A stretch of 64,000 nt of DNA. Source: Eledone cirrhosa. Lineage: Eukaryota. Positions within the stretch are counted from its first letter, which is position 1. Each line of letters begins with the position of its first letter. Below, one piece after another: positions 14,165 through 28,435 of the stretch. Below the pieces are notes generated by a model, which saw only the letters and a program-made list of their open reading frames with translations, was not told the DNA's origin and searched no databases. The stretch covers positions 47,368,001 to 47,432,000 of the forward strand of contig OZ024747.1 in assembly GCA_964016885.1 (NCBI GenBank). The letters run 5' to 3'. The translations under genes were made by a program, and so were the position numbers.

Positions 14165-14549
14165 CATCTATCTCTCCATACAGTATCAGTTCAGTTTCTA
14201 GTAAATCATATTTATTATATAAATTATGCTTATATGTACAAGATGTCTTTTATAAATACTTTAAATGTGGTAAGCCTTTATTTAAGATCGCTCGCAGTTT
14301 CCGTTAGTTTCTGTCAGTAAAAATGACAATTTCTTTTCAATTTTATCAAAATAATCGTTATCTACACATTCGGAAATGTCTCTGTAAAATAGATATTAAA
14401 AAGGTTGTGAGGAAACAAACCACTTTTCTATTGTTAATCTCTACCCATACATGTCTGTTCGTCTGTCCATCACTCACTGTTTATTTATATATATTTACCT
14501 AACTACCTACCTGTGTATATCTACTTATTTATTTATCTATCAGTGTTTT

Positions 14550-14905
14550 TATTTCTCTCTCTTTCTCTCTCCCACTCTGTCTCTCTCTCTCTCTCTCTCT
14601 CTCTTGCTCACTCTCTCTCTCTCTCTTTCCCACTCTCTCTCTCCCTCTCTCTCTTTCTTTCTCTATAACTTTCCCTCTCTCTCGTTCTCTTTCTCTCTCT
14701 CTTTCCCACTCTCTCACTCTCTCACTCTCTTTCTCTCTCTCTCAACCACTCTCTCTTTCTCTATCTTTTTCCCTCTCTTTCGCTCTCTTTCTCTCTCTTT
14801 CCCACTCTCTCGCTCTCTTTCTCTCGTTCTCTCTCTCTCTCTCACTCTATCTCTTTCACTCTCTCTTTCTTCTCTTCTATTTTCTTTATGTCTGTCTCTC
14901 TCACT
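14550..14905. repeat. Degenerate (CT)n polypyrimidine tract
   Basis: Direct reading. Confidence 0.9.
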
Positions 14906-15232
14906 TTATACACATACCCATGCTAATATATAGAGAGTCATTTGCTTTAACTAGAACACAGAAAATATCAACGCAAAAATAGAGTATGAGGACTTGTCGA
15001 TATGTTGTGAGCGAGTGTATGTAATTGAAAAAAGCATGTGTATATCAGTGTGTTCGCATGTCTGTATGTGAATGTGTATGTTTGTGTGTGAATGTATGTG
15101 ATGTGTGTGTTTGTTTATGTGTTTATGTAGCAAGAGAGAGTTAATGAAATACATTAGAAAAACAGGCATCTTGCCAAAAATATTATCTAAATATACATAC
15201 ATAGAATATATATAAATGTAGATGTACATCTG

Positions 15233-15263
<31 letters not shown>

Positions 15264-15282
15264 GTATGTATAGACATGTATG

Positions 15283-15378
<96 letters not shown>

Positions 15379-15430
15379 CATATACATATATATATATACA
15401 TATATATATATACAACCAATAATAATAAAC

Positions 15431-15490
<60 letters not shown>

Positions 15491-15602
15491 TGTTTATATG
15501 TATGTATGTATATATATATGTTTATATGCTAGTTTATATATGTGCATATATATCGATATATAGATGTATATATTTATGTATATACATACGTGTATACAGA
15601 CG

Positions 15603-15689
<87 letters not shown>

Positions 15690-16070
15690 ACACATACCCA
15701 CACACAGTCCAATTCACAATTCCATTCATATACCATGGGAAATACAGTTGCCATTGGAGACTGCAGTTCCAAATTTGAACAAAGCTGAAAACTGTTTCGA
15801 TCGCTGAATATATATAATTTTTTATTGTTTCTTTTTTTAGAATAAGTCTCCATTTTGGATGGCGGGGGCGTCTAGTTGAGGCGCATGTGTGCATGGGGTT
15901 ACAGGGTTAGAAGTTTCTTATATTTGTATATTTTTAGCATGAATCTCGGACAAAACGATCAATCTTAACCTGATCTTCAATCCCAATTGATTTTCATGTG
16001 TAAACATTGCTTTCTTATCTCTTACTGCACTCCATTAAACATCCAATGTATATGTGACTGAGTGTCCGTT

Positions 16071-16665
<595 letters not shown>

Positions 16666-16762
16666 GTTGTTAATAAATGAAACAAAACAAAACAAAACAA
16701 ACACAGGAATTCGTAGATACACAGTTATATTTAGTTTCACACTTGATGGAATTGGAGGAGGG

Positions 16763-16796
16763 TTCAACGTTTCGGACAGAAGTCTTTCATCAGGAA
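16763..16796 (-). ncRNA. Minimal hammerhead motif, family G, partly decayed
   Basis: Minus strand TTC-CTGATGA-AAGAC TTCT GTCC-GAAA-CG-TT-GAA, preceded on that strand by a pyrimidine-rich tract as in Penelope pLTRs. Confidence 0.6.
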
Positions 16797-17007
16797 ATTT
16801 CGGATAAGGAGAGAACAGGTACAAGTATGAGTAGTGTGTGAGGGTTAGGAGAGGAAGTTAGGAAAAGGGGGTTGGGAAGAGAAAGATAGGTAGAGGGAGG
16901 TAGGTTAAAGTTACGACCTGGGGCGCCAGAGTGGAGGGGTTTCATGAGTGTGGTTGTGTGTGTGTGTGTCGAAGGGAAGAAATTGGGAGATGTGAGTAGC
17001 TTCAGTC

Positions 17008-17056
<49 letters not shown>

Positions 17057-17827
17057 TTGTGTGTGTGTGTCTGTCTGTGTGTGTGGACATGTGAGTGTTT
17101 CAGAGCTTTGTGTAGTTGGTGTGTGCACACTAATGTATGTGTGTGTGTGTGTACATCAGTGAGTTTTTAGTTTGTTTTGTTTTGTGTGTATATGTGTGCG
17201 TAAGTGTGTGTCTGTGTGTGTGTGGGGGGAGTATTTCTGTTGTTTTTTTATGTATGTGAGTGCATGCGAAAGTGTGTGTGTGTATTTTCATGTGCGTGTC
17301 GAATGAGTGTGTGTATGTGTCTACATGCGGGTATGTGTGGGTGTTTTTTTTTTATTGTTTCTATGTATGTGATTGTGTGCGTTTGTGTGTGTCTGTATAT
17401 ATTTTCATGTGTGTGTATGTGTGTCTGCGAATTTGTTGGTGGTTTGTATTATCTACAGAGGGAAAATGGCGGTGGATTGGTAGTATCGGTAGAGGGTCGG
17501 ATACCATGCAGGTAGTATTATGACCTGTAAAAACTAACACTCTCCCATCCCCACTGGCTTTCGACTGACTACCACAGTCGAGATGGGTAGCAGTAAACTA
17601 TGGTAAGGGCCATTGTGTGACTGAGAGGGTGAACTGACTAAGCGAATTTCGTTGAAATCTGCGGTAGCTAATGGTCAACTTCCTTCGGACATGCGCACGC
17701 GCAGACCGGTGAGGGTGAATTGGTACTCACAGGGGAACGGGTGAGAAACCCAAAAGCACGCAATTCAATCGTTCCCATGTCGATTCAATTTGGATTGCCT
17801 CGGAAACATAACCTTATTATGTAACAA

Positions 17828-17901
17828 GCTGTCTGATGATGTCACGACACTCGCACACAGAACAGTGTGGCCAGTGTCGTCACTGAAATATATATCACAG
17901 C
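17828..17901 (+). ncRNA. Type-I hammerhead ribozyme with long stem II, family D
   Basis: GCTGT-CTGATGA-[TGTC ACGACACT...AGTGTCGT CACT]-GAAA-TATATA-TC-ACAGC: 5-bp stem I, 8-bp perfect helix within stem II, palindromic stem III, AUC cleavage triplet. Confidence 0.75.
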
Positions 17902-17966
17902 ATTATTATTAAAGGACTTGAACATCTGAAACTACTTCGCTTTTCCTTATTCTATATATATATATA

Positions 17967-18167
17967 TAACGAAGGAAGTGTGGTAAGGAACCAGGTGGAC
18001 CATAACGCACCAGAGTACTCAATACTTTGGGTAGTAGAGTGGGTAATAGGAAAATGTTCAAGACCCCGACGGCAGAGCTCAAGCCGTTTTGACGGCTATT
18101 TCTGGACTCAGAAATACCCGTCGAAATGGCTTGGGCTCAGCCGTCGGGGTCTTGAACATTTTCCTAT
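17967..18167. mobile_element. Family F cassette with a 122-bp imperfect hairpin (18046-18167, loop GACT)
   Basis: ATAGGAAAATGTTCAAGACCCCGACGGC...GCCGTCGGGGTCTTGAACATTTTCCTAT; TA tracts on both sides. Confidence 0.75.
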
Positions 18168-18282
18168 ATATATATATATAGTTTCAGAAGATCCCGTTAA
18201 GGGTGAGAGCAGCGATTCTTTGCTTAAACTTTAATCTGTTATTTTGGATGGCTGAAACAGGTAAAAGAGTAAAAGAGTAATA

Positions 18283-19213
18283 TCATTATCTATAAAAGTC
18301 AGATTGTTGTTGTTGTGTGTGTGTGTGTGCATGTTCCATGTTTATACATTTGCACAATTTCAAACCGATTCGACTCAAAGTTTGTAAGAATGTTGTAAAT
18401 GGTCTAACTTAGGTCAATGACTATTTATTTCATTCAAACTCACCCACAATTGTGGAAATAATCGATAAAACTAAATACATGACGCTTTACCCCTTTAATA
18501 CAATGAGATAACTTCTCTCTACTTACCTTAAAATTCGATAAAACTACATACATGCTGCAACTTTCTCTTATATACGCTTAAACTTACAAACTTTAAGAGA
18601 GTGAGAGGGAGAGAGAGAGAACGTTTGTTTTTTAGTGTGGAACGGTCAAACATTTATTTACTTCAATGACAAAGAGAACTTATTACATTTCATACGAAAC
18701 AACAATTATTCAAAAGCAACAGATAAATTTATTTAACAACAAAAATAGCGATAAATCTTTTTTAAAACATCTATCAACGAACGTGGAAGAAAGAAGTATC
18801 AGTTCATTTACTATACACAATAATATCCTCTATGAGGTCACTAAACTTGCTAGAAACAGCAGCTAACTCTCCCCCATATCACACCCCTCCCTACTGTCTT
18901 AAATTTAGAAAACACACATTTGACAACCATGCAGAACAACTCCATCGCAGCTCTGTTGTTCGGCTGGCATCGTCTACGCGCGTGTTGCGCAAGTACTGTG
19001 AAACAATAAATTTCAACACTTCTTTGCACAGAGATAATATCCATAGGCGAAACTACAATTGTCACTGCTGACGCAGCTCCTGCTTCGGCAGTCCAGGTCT
19101 GCAATTCATTCACCCAGTGCCTGGCAGACAAAAAAGTGCTGCTATAAAATGTGTGGTGCAACCTAACTTTGGTAACTTACTGACCCCGAGCAACGCCCGG
19201 GCTTTAATGCTAG
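18283..19213 (+). mobile_element. Non-autonomous Helitron-like element
   Basis: 5' A|TC...TCTATAAAAG (start 18283 or 18289), internal TG repeat and AACCGATT core, subterminal hairpin CCCGAGCAACGCCCGGG 19185-19201, terminal CTAG|T at 19210-19214. Confidence 0.75.
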
Positions 19214-19301
19214 TATATTATAAGAACAGATTAAATTTTAAGCAAAGAATCGCAGCTTTCACCCTTAACAGGATCTTCTGAAACCTTATATATATATAAG
19301 G

Positions 19302-19331
<30 letters not shown>

Positions 19332-19339
<8 letters not shown>

Positions 19340-19750
19340 TAAGAGGAATTCCAACTTTGTCTGATTTACTCGTTTTATTTACAATCCTTTAAAATATATA
19401 TAATATGGTATTATAATGAAATAGTATGATAGAATATTAAATTCTAAGTGTTAATTGAACAAGTACTTTCATGCTTTCGCAATCTTCAGGTTCATGATAT
19501 GTGGTGACAGTCGAGTTTGCAAACTCGACTGTCACCACATATCATGAACCTGAAGATTGCGAAAGCATGAAAGTACTTGTTCAATTAACACTTAGAATTT
19601 AATATTCTATCATACTATTTCATTATAATACCATATTATATATATTTTAAAGGATTGTAAATAAAACGAGTAAATCAGACAAAGTTGGAATTCCTCTTAT
19701 TAATATAATCTTCTATACACAATCATACACACCCGTGTATATTTACCTAT
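19332..19750. mobile_element. Family B pLTR-like cassette forming a spacerless 376-bp palindrome (19332-19707)
   Basis: Centre TTTG|CAAA at 19519/19520; no mismatch found by eye; the right arm continues as in the 6150-6352 copy; TA tracts on both sides. Confidence 0.85.
19545..19583 (+). ncRNA. Minimal hammerhead ribozyme, family B (mirror copy 19456-19494 on minus strand)
   Basis: Identical to the motif at 6159-6197. Confidence 0.8.
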
Positions 19751-19828
19751 CTATATCTATATATATATATATATATATATATAATCCTTATCGAGCCCTC
19801 TTCGGATTTTAATCTTCACATTTATTAT

Positions 19829-19938
<110 letters not shown>

Positions 19939-20066
19939 CAAACCCTCCTTCTCAATTCTACTTTTGAAAAGCACAAGAACTGCGAAACCGGTAAAGGAAC
20001 AAAATAAATATATATATATATATTTTTTTTAAAGACTCCAGTTGCATTTTCGATTTCATCTTTTTT

Positions 20067-20114
<48 letters not shown>

Positions 20115-20117
<3 letters not shown>

Positions 20118-20573
20118 TAGAAGGGGTATTTAATTTGTTGGAAGTCCGACAAATATAAATCTTTATTACTGATTTGGAGCACTCAACAGATAACTGGAGT
20201 AAATATTCAATGATATTAAATAAATGGAAACTATTTTTATAAAACCATATTTATTTTATTATATATATTTCAAGGGTACCAAAACCCATTGGTACACTTT
20301 CCTCAGATAAAATACAACGTTTGTTTTATAAATAGAGACATACCCATGAAAATCATACCTTATCGGTTGGATATTCTCTGGATAGTGAATATGCAGAGAA
20401 TATCCAAAGAATATCCAACCGATAAGGTATGACTTTCATAGGTATGTCTCTATTTATAAAACAAACTTTGTATTTTATCTGAGGAAAGTGTACCAATGTG
20501 TTTTGGTACCCTTGAAATATATATAATAAAATAAATATGGTTTTATAAATATAGTTTCCATTTATTTAATATC

Positions 20574-20582
<9 letters not shown>
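20115..20582. mobile_element. Family A cassette with about 182-bp inverted arms (20203-20384 / 20401-20582); HHRs at 20252-20314 (minus) and 20471-20533 (plus)
   Basis: TATTTTAT-CTGAGGA-AAGTGTACCA...TGGTACCCTT-GAAA-TATATA-TA-ATAAAATA with a perfect 8-bp stem I; the arms carry several mismatches. Confidence 0.8.
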
Positions 20583-20664
<82 letters not shown>

Positions 20665-20821
20665 GTAGAACACTGGAGGGTTATATCAGCAGCAGTAGAG
20701 CACTCAGTCCATGGGACGAGTTTGGTAGAAGTAGTTCCACAACAGTTAGTTCACCATTACCGAGAACAATTGTTTCACCTTATTCGGATCCTCACCTCTA
20801 TACATATATATATATATGTGT

Positions 20822-20949
<128 letters not shown>

Positions 20950-21829
20950 GTGCGTGTGTGCGTGTGTGTGTATACTATGTATATATGTGTGCGTATGTGT
21001 GTATACTATGTATATATGTGTGTGTGTGTGTGTGTCTGTGTTTCGCCTTTAGCTGGCTTCGCTAGACTGCGGATAATGTCGTGATTGGAGTTGTTTAAAT
21101 GATTTTGTTTGGTTGGTAACTCTGGCGTAAATGTTGGCTGCTAGGCAGAGTTTATAGTTGTCATATTTATTGAGTCGGGTTATATTTGGTTTAAAATTTG
21201 TTTGGGCAGTATGGAAATGTTTAAAGTAGAACTAAGTTGTTTTGTTGAAGGACAAGTAAGGAGTAGGAAACTATGTAATTGTGGTAATGATATAAAAAAA
21301 AAGTAAGTCGGAGTGGAGTTAGGAAAATATAAGAAGAAGAATGAATTGAAAGAGATAAATGGAAGGAGTAATTTAAGTAAGAAGAGTGTGATCTTTTATG
21401 TAAATTGGTTAGTTAAAAGAAAAAGAAAAATCGAATAAAAGAAACTATACAAATCAATGTCACTGCCAACCTTTTTCTCGTAAAATAAAATCTACACTCA
21501 ACTTATATATATATTGTGAGTATTCACTCAGCTAATGTTTGACTATGTTGATGTTTGATTATGCATAAAACACTTTCATTAATATATGTGTTTGTTTTAT
21601 GTGTGATTGTGTATGTATATATGTGTGTATTTATGTGAGCGTGTTCAGCCACAACCACACACAGAGATTAATATATTTGAATGTCTGTATAAGTCAAAGC
21701 ATGAAGATGTACCAGATATTTAGACCGAAATCAATAGATATATCGGGACAAGCGTCTATCTATATACCGTAGAAATCAATATATTTACACACTCTTTCAC
21801 ACATGAGTATATATATATGTGTGCGTGCC

Positions 21830-22460
21830 AGTAGATGAGCGTACGTGTATATGCATACACATATACATGTATGATTACGTATGGATTCACCGAACATTTA
21901 TTATAATGCTCGGTGTGTTTGTTTACAAACACACCGAGCATTATAATAAATGTTCGGTGCATCCATACATGTGCATGTATGTATATATATGTATACATAC
22001 TACTGTACGTCTGTATACATATATGTATGTACGTATACATACTTATATTTAAGTAACAGCCGTACTAAGAGTGGGAAATGAAATTTCGTTTCATTTTTTC
22101 CGTTTATCGTTTTTGGTGCACCCTGCCGATTAACCCACCCGATATGCAAATTGGGCTACTCAGCCGTTAATATGCATAAGGAAAGTATATACTTTCGGAC
22201 CTTCAATCATCTGGCAGGAAGGTATACGTTGCTGACGATAGCTAATAAGCTTGAAACTAGTACAGCGTTCCTTTGTCAGTGTTGAACAAACGAGCAACGA
22301 TGGTTGCTGGACACTACGGGATGTTTGGTTACAAACACACCGAGCATTATAATAAATGTTCGGTGAATCCATACGTACATATATATATGTGTGCATGTAT
22401 GTATATATATATACATACTACTGTACGTCTGTATACATATATGTATGTACGTATACATAC
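21830..22460. mobile_element. Family E cassette: fold-back centred at about 21922, followed by a longer HHR-bearing copy
   Basis: CACCGAACATTTATTATAATGCTCGGTGTGTTTG / CAAACACACCGAGCATTATAATAAATGTTCGGTG; inverted relative at about 56790-57200. Confidence 0.75.
22226..22268 (+). ncRNA. Minimal type-I hammerhead ribozyme, family E
   Basis: ACGTTG-CTGACGA-TAGCT AATA AGCTT-GAAA-CTAG-TA-CAGCGT: 6-bp stem I, palindromic stem III ACTAGT, GUA triplet. Confidence 0.85.
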
Positions 22461-22463
22461 TTC

Positions 22464-22497
<34 letters not shown>

Positions 22498-22723
22498 TAT
22501 ATTTGTATAGATACATATATATATATATATATATATATATGTGAATGTATCTATACAAATATATATATATATTTGTATGGGTGTGTGTGTATGTATATAT
22601 ATATATATATATATGTTTGTCTTTATGTTCATTTTAATTTTTATTTGTACCCCTTCCACCGTTGTTCCTCCCCCCCCCCCTTCTAACTTTTTTCGGAACT
22701 CTCCCCCCCCCCCCACTTTTCTC

Positions 22724-22751
22724 CTGAAGAAGGGCTTATGCCCGAAACGTC
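22724..22751 (+). ncRNA. Hammerhead core without a detectable stem I
   Basis: CTGAAGA-A-GGGC TTAT GCCC-GAAA-CG-TC after a C-rich tract; the flanks do not pair. Confidence 0.55.
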
Positions 22752-24024
22752 GCCCCCCTCCCTCCCCCCACTCCCAAGAGCTTGAAACTAATAAACCTTT
22801 GTTTGTACTGCCTCTCTGTTTTCGTTCCCGTTCCAGTTTTCACTATATATACATATATATATGGATGTTGCCAACTCGTTTTCGAGTACGGCCACTACTT
22901 TATATCCATGTAGGAGAACCCCTACCGATGCGCTGAATGAGTGTGACTTTTTAGTCCAGCCAACGACTTGAAAACTCTGGTACAAACACTACACTTGTGA
23001 CAATTATTGACACATAGTGCTGGGCCCATGGTACCATGTGACGACAAGTGCAGAGAGATCTCCAGATACTAAGCAATGCCTGTGCCGTGAAGCTTTTATA
23101 GTGAGCAAAGGCACTGCACAAAGCCAGTCCCACTCTCTTAACCAAGATGATATTTACCAAAAAGAAGAATACGTTCTGCTCTTTCAAGACAAAGACCCAA
23201 ACCCAAACACTTTGTAGAAATATATATATATATATATACATACATATATATATATATATATGCATGTGGGTATAATATAGCTATGTGTGCACATATGTTT
23301 GTATTCATATATATTTATATGTATGAGTGTGTGTGTACGCGCCCACGCACGCTCGTGGGGGAGTATATGTGGGTAGGTGTGTGTATTGAAAGCTATGTAA
23401 ATTTGTAGACTCATCTAAATAACGGATCTTAATGTGCATAAACATTTGATCGAAGATGGCGTCTACTCACAAAGTTTCGAGGTCTGGATACAGTTCTTCC
23501 CACTCCAACCTTTGATAAAGAATGCATCCCATGGTACCTTTTTATTGCTAGGCTCACTGGAGCCAGTGAGTCTTAAATGGTTCAGCCAAAAAGACAATGA
23601 ACACTCTACCGTGTAGTCTAATGTTTCGCCTCACTGCATTTCTCTTGGGAACGCGCGCGAACACACACACATACACAAACACACACTCACACACACACAT
23701 ACATATACATATACATATATATATATAATATATATATATAATATATATATATACATATATATATATATTAGAAAGTGAGGTTTTTTTTACAAAAGGAAAA
23801 ATAACCGAGGTGTCCTACACGAGTGAAAGTATGAAGAAAAAAAGATGAAATCGAAAATGCAACTGGAGTCTTATTTTTTTTTAAATATATATATATTTAT
23901 TTGGTTCCTTTCCCGGTTTCGCAGTTCTTCTGCTTTTCAAAAGTTGAGATGGAGGGTCTGTGGTTTTTCTCACATATATATGTGTTGGGGGGGGGTGAGT
24001 GTGCGTGTGTGTGTGTGTGTATAC

Positions 24025-25720
24025 TTTTCCTCCTCTTCATCGAACATGGCTCCACTCAGGATTGGCAAAATAAATTCACATGGGCTAGGGTCGCCTTGGC
24101 AGCAAGATCACTTGCTCAACAAACTCACGATACTGAACATAGATGTGTTGGCCATAAACGAAACCAACATTTCCTAGGCACGAGCCTCTGCTCAAATATT
24201 CGGCAACTACGAAATGATGCATCTCCAAGTCGTCCGTGATCTGGAGGCGGAGTCGCTGTGTTGTTACGGAAACTCTTGGATCTCACCATTCATACCATCT
24301 TCCTGGACTCAGAAGGTAGGTTGGTGGTGCTGGATGTGACCACCAGCGAAGGCTCTGCTTCTAGGATAGTGGCTGTCTATACCCCGACAAGGGCAGGACG
24401 GTCTGATTTCTTCTGGCGCCTCGAGACCTTCCTCGAAGGTCTCGCTCTTTAATGTTAGTAGGCGACTGGAACGGTATCTTAGACGCACGTTTGGACTGTG
24501 GGAATCTAGCATATAGGGGAGGATGATGTAAAAGCCTTGCGAACCAGTTCAAATATTTCCAATTGTCTAAAAAGTTCCGACTGAATATCTCAAATGTCGA
24601 CATGGACAAACCACAACAGGTCATACAAATCATATCTAGATAGGGTATTTTGTATGGAAGTAGATAAGGCTAGCATACGCTGTTCATAATTCAAAGTAAT
24701 CCACCACACATGCCACAGATTTGTAGGTGCTGCTCGATTACCGGCAGATATGTGTGGCTTTTCAGTAGCATTTAGCACGACTGATCGAGGCGAACATGGG
24801 TTCGGAGACGGTAGCGAACTTCAGTTCCTACCTCGAAGGCCTGCCGCAACCCTCAGCAGCTGATACGGAAACTGGAAACTGCTGACGTGCGCAATCCCGA
24901 TCAGGTCTATATGCAACAACCTCCACCTCATGCGATACATCATGGAGTGGCTTCGGTGGGGCTCTGACCAATTTAGATTAATAGAAAGCTTTCAACAGGG
25001 CGGACTACTGATACCTGGACGCTGTTCTCAAGGCAGTTGACTTCGCTCCCGTTTCAGCGGCATCTGCTCGGTGGTCACCTTTCGGAAACGTTCCAGATCA
25101 CGCGCTCTATCCGTCATGTATGCCTTCTTTCCTGCTTTCTCTACGTATTGACTCTTGACCATCTACTGTAGGAGCTGGAGCTGTGCAAGGCATCCCGCTC
25201 CAATCGGGGTGTGGAAGGTCTGCGTCTGCATACGTGCACGAGATCATCGTAAAACGAGATGATCGGCAACTTCTTAGAGGAATATGAAACGTTGCCGAGA
25301 GCAAAGATCAAACAGGGCAAGTCGGTAGATTTGCAGACACTTTCCTCTTCGGTCAAGCCCTCATCAACATTTTCAAATACCATTTAGAAAGGAAGATGCA
25401 AGTAGAGAGAGAAATGCTGCTCCCAGTACATTTATTTAAAAATGTATGAATGTATCCCGAATGACCCGTGTAGACTGTAGACTGGGGAGTTTCTAAAGAA
25501 GGGGCATATTGTCCTATGGTGCTCATAGAGATTAGGGTGGTGTTTCCTAAGTTACCCTTCACTGATGCTCCTCTATTTGGGATTTTTTTATTGGTATTAA
25601 TATATTGTTTATTGTTATCTGTTTTATTTGTTTACACGTTTTGAATTTTTTGTAAATCCTCACAGTCCCTATCTTTTGTATTGTCCTCCAGGTGTTGGCC
25701 CTTGTGGCTAATAAGGAAAG
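24025..25720 (+). pseudogene. Heavily deleted Tx1/L1-like ORF2 (APE endonuclease, RT scraps, C-terminus and 3' UTR)
   Basis: MAPLRIGKINSHGL...DVLAINETN, GGVAVLL, DSEGRLVVLDV, RIVAVYTP and LVGDWNGILD are APE motifs; CNNLHLMRYIME and KAFNR resemble L1-type RT; FKYHLERKMQVERE matches the 3' fragments elsewhere; many stops and frameshifts. Confidence 0.75.
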
Positions 25721-25744
25721 AATTATTATTATTATTATCATTAT

Positions 25745-26360
25745 TGGCAGTATCGGTAGAGTTTTGGACAACCTGCTTTGTAACATTTACATTGAGTTCA
25801 AATGCCTCCGAGGTTAACGTTGCCTTTCATCCTTACGAGGTCGATAAAATAAAGTACCAGTAATGCACTGGGATTGGTTTAATCGACTTTCCCCCTCATC
25901 CTAAAAATTGTTGACCTTGTGCCTAAATCAGAAGGTATTATTAATATGGACAGTGGGGCGGTGGATTGGCAGTATCGGTAGAGTGTCGGGCGCCATGCTT
26001 TGCAGCATAGAGTCACGGCTCTTTATGATCTGAGTTCAAATCCCGCCAAGGTTAACTTTGCCATTCATCCTCACGGGGTCGATAAAATAAAGTACCAGTC
26101 ACGCACTGGGGTCGATTTAATGGACTTTCCCCTTCCCCAAGTACCAGTAATGTACTGGGGTAATTGCTGGCCTTGTGCCAAAAGTAGAAACAATTATTAA
26201 TATGAACAGTATCGGAAGAGTGACGGACAACCTGATTTCCGGTATTTACATTCTAAGTTGAAAATCCACCGAGGCTAACTTCGTCTTTCATCTTTTCGGG
26301 GTCGATAACATCCCCCCCCCCCCCTCCTGCAAATTGCTGGCTTTGTGCAAAAAACAAAAC
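25745..26360 (+). mobile_element. Three tandem Nin-like SINE copies; 25957-26199 carries both tail variants
   Basis: Family head, core and tail motifs. Confidence 0.85.
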
Positions 26361-26362
26361 TA

Positions 26363-26618
26363 ATCATCATCACCACCATCATCATCCTCATCACCATAAT
26401 CATCATCATCATCATCATCATCACCATCATCACCATCATCACTATCACCATCATCACCACCACCATCATTATCACCACCACCACCATCACCACCACCACC
26501 ACATTCATCATTATCACCATCACCACCACCATCATTATCATCATCACCATCATCATCAACCACCATCATCACCATCACCATCACCACCACCATCACCACC
26601 CCCACCATCATCATTATC

Positions 26619-26649
<31 letters not shown>

Positions 26650-27318
26650 CCACCACCATCATCATCGCCACCACCACCAGCACCACCACCACCACCATCA
26701 CCATCACCATCATCATCACCACCATCATCACCATCACCACCATCATCATCGCCACCACCACCACCACCATCACCATCACCATCATCACCACCATCACCAC
26801 CACCATCATCACCATCATCACCACCACCACCATCATCACCACCATCATTACCATCACCACCATCACCATCACCACCACCACCACCACCACCATCATCATC
26901 ACCACCATCATCACCATCATCACCACCACCACCATCATCACCACCATCATTACCATCACCATCATTACCATCATCACCACCACCACCATCATCACCACCA
27001 TCATTACCATCACCACCATCACCATCACCACCACCACCACCACCATCACCACCACCATCATCGCCATCATCACCACCACCATCACCACCATCATCACCAT
27101 CACCACCATCACCAACACCAACGCCACCACCACCACCATCACCACCACCACCATCACCACCATCACCATCATCACCATCACCACCATCACCACCACCATC
27201 ATCATCACCACCATCATCACCATCATCACCACCACCACCACCATCATCACCATCACCACCATCACCATCACCACCACCACCACCACCATCACCACCACCA
27301 TGCCCACCATCCTCATCA
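26363..27318. repeat. Compound (CAC/CAT)n trinucleotide array, about 950 bp
   Basis: Direct reading; produces the spurious poly-His ORF. Confidence 0.95.
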
Positions 27319-27521
27319 AATCAAGTAAGAATACCAAACAATTTTCTAAAATGTTCTATTGTCTCCAGATATTTTATTTGTTTTCTTATTTATGCTGTTT
27401 TGTTTCATTAATCTTCTTATTTATTCAGCTCCACCTTCATCAATGTCACTTTTTATCGGTTATTGTTTTTTTAGTTGGTTTTTGTTTTATAAATATTGTT
27501 TATGACATTCTATGGCAACAT

Positions 27522-27576
<55 letters not shown>

Positions 27577-27649
27577 ATGTGTATGTGTGTGTGTGTGCAT
27601 GTATGTGTATGCTAGTGTGTGTACGCATATATATATATATATGTGTGTG

Positions 27650-27699
<50 letters not shown>

Positions 27700-27728
27700 G
27701 TGTGTGTGTATGTATGTATGTACGTAGG

Positions 27729-27779
<51 letters not shown>

Positions 27780-27866
27780 ATAAGGAAGACGAAAGAGAAA
27801 GAGAGAGAGAGAGAAAGAAATAGAACGATAGATAAATTGATGATAGATAGGTAGATAGATAGATTG

Positions 27867-27942
<76 letters not shown>

Positions 27943-28435
27943 AGAGAAAATATTGACAGGTCTTCGAACTGCGATCTGTTTTAGTCAAGATTTATTGTGT
28001 CCAGACGTTAAAGCAACTAACAACAGCAACAGACAGCCAAAACAACGCAAGCTCCAAACTGCAGTTGCAACTAAACAGCCTGTGTCAAGAACTTTGTTAT
28101 TCTTTCTAATGTAGAGTCGTTTATTTTGTTGATGTGTATTAATAAATCACATTATTTTCGTTCTGGTGGCGATGAAGAAAAATTTAGGACCAAATTATGA
28201 TGAATAACTCAATTTATTAGCTTGATCATAAGGTTGTTGTTTTTGTTGTTGTTATTATCATTATTATTATTACTATTATTATTATTATTATTATTATTAT
28301 CATTAGCAATATTTTTTCTTACATTTGCTCCCAATAGTAATGTTGTTTTTTGTTTTATTCGTCATCAGCATCCTCATCATGTTCATCATCTGCTACAATT
28401 ATCAAAATGTATAACTAGAATCGGCACCAACATCG

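Noticed and set aside
21038-21070. Minus-strand CTAGCGA-AGCC..GGC-GAAA (and GTGAGGA..GAAA near 20770-20797)
   Set aside because: Core corrupted and no UH or stem I; possibly dead HHRs but not supportable.
26345-27328. Poly-His protein (also the poly-His/Met/Pro/Thr ORFs at 46403-48549)
   Set aside because: Translations of trinucleotide arrays with no splice or domain support.
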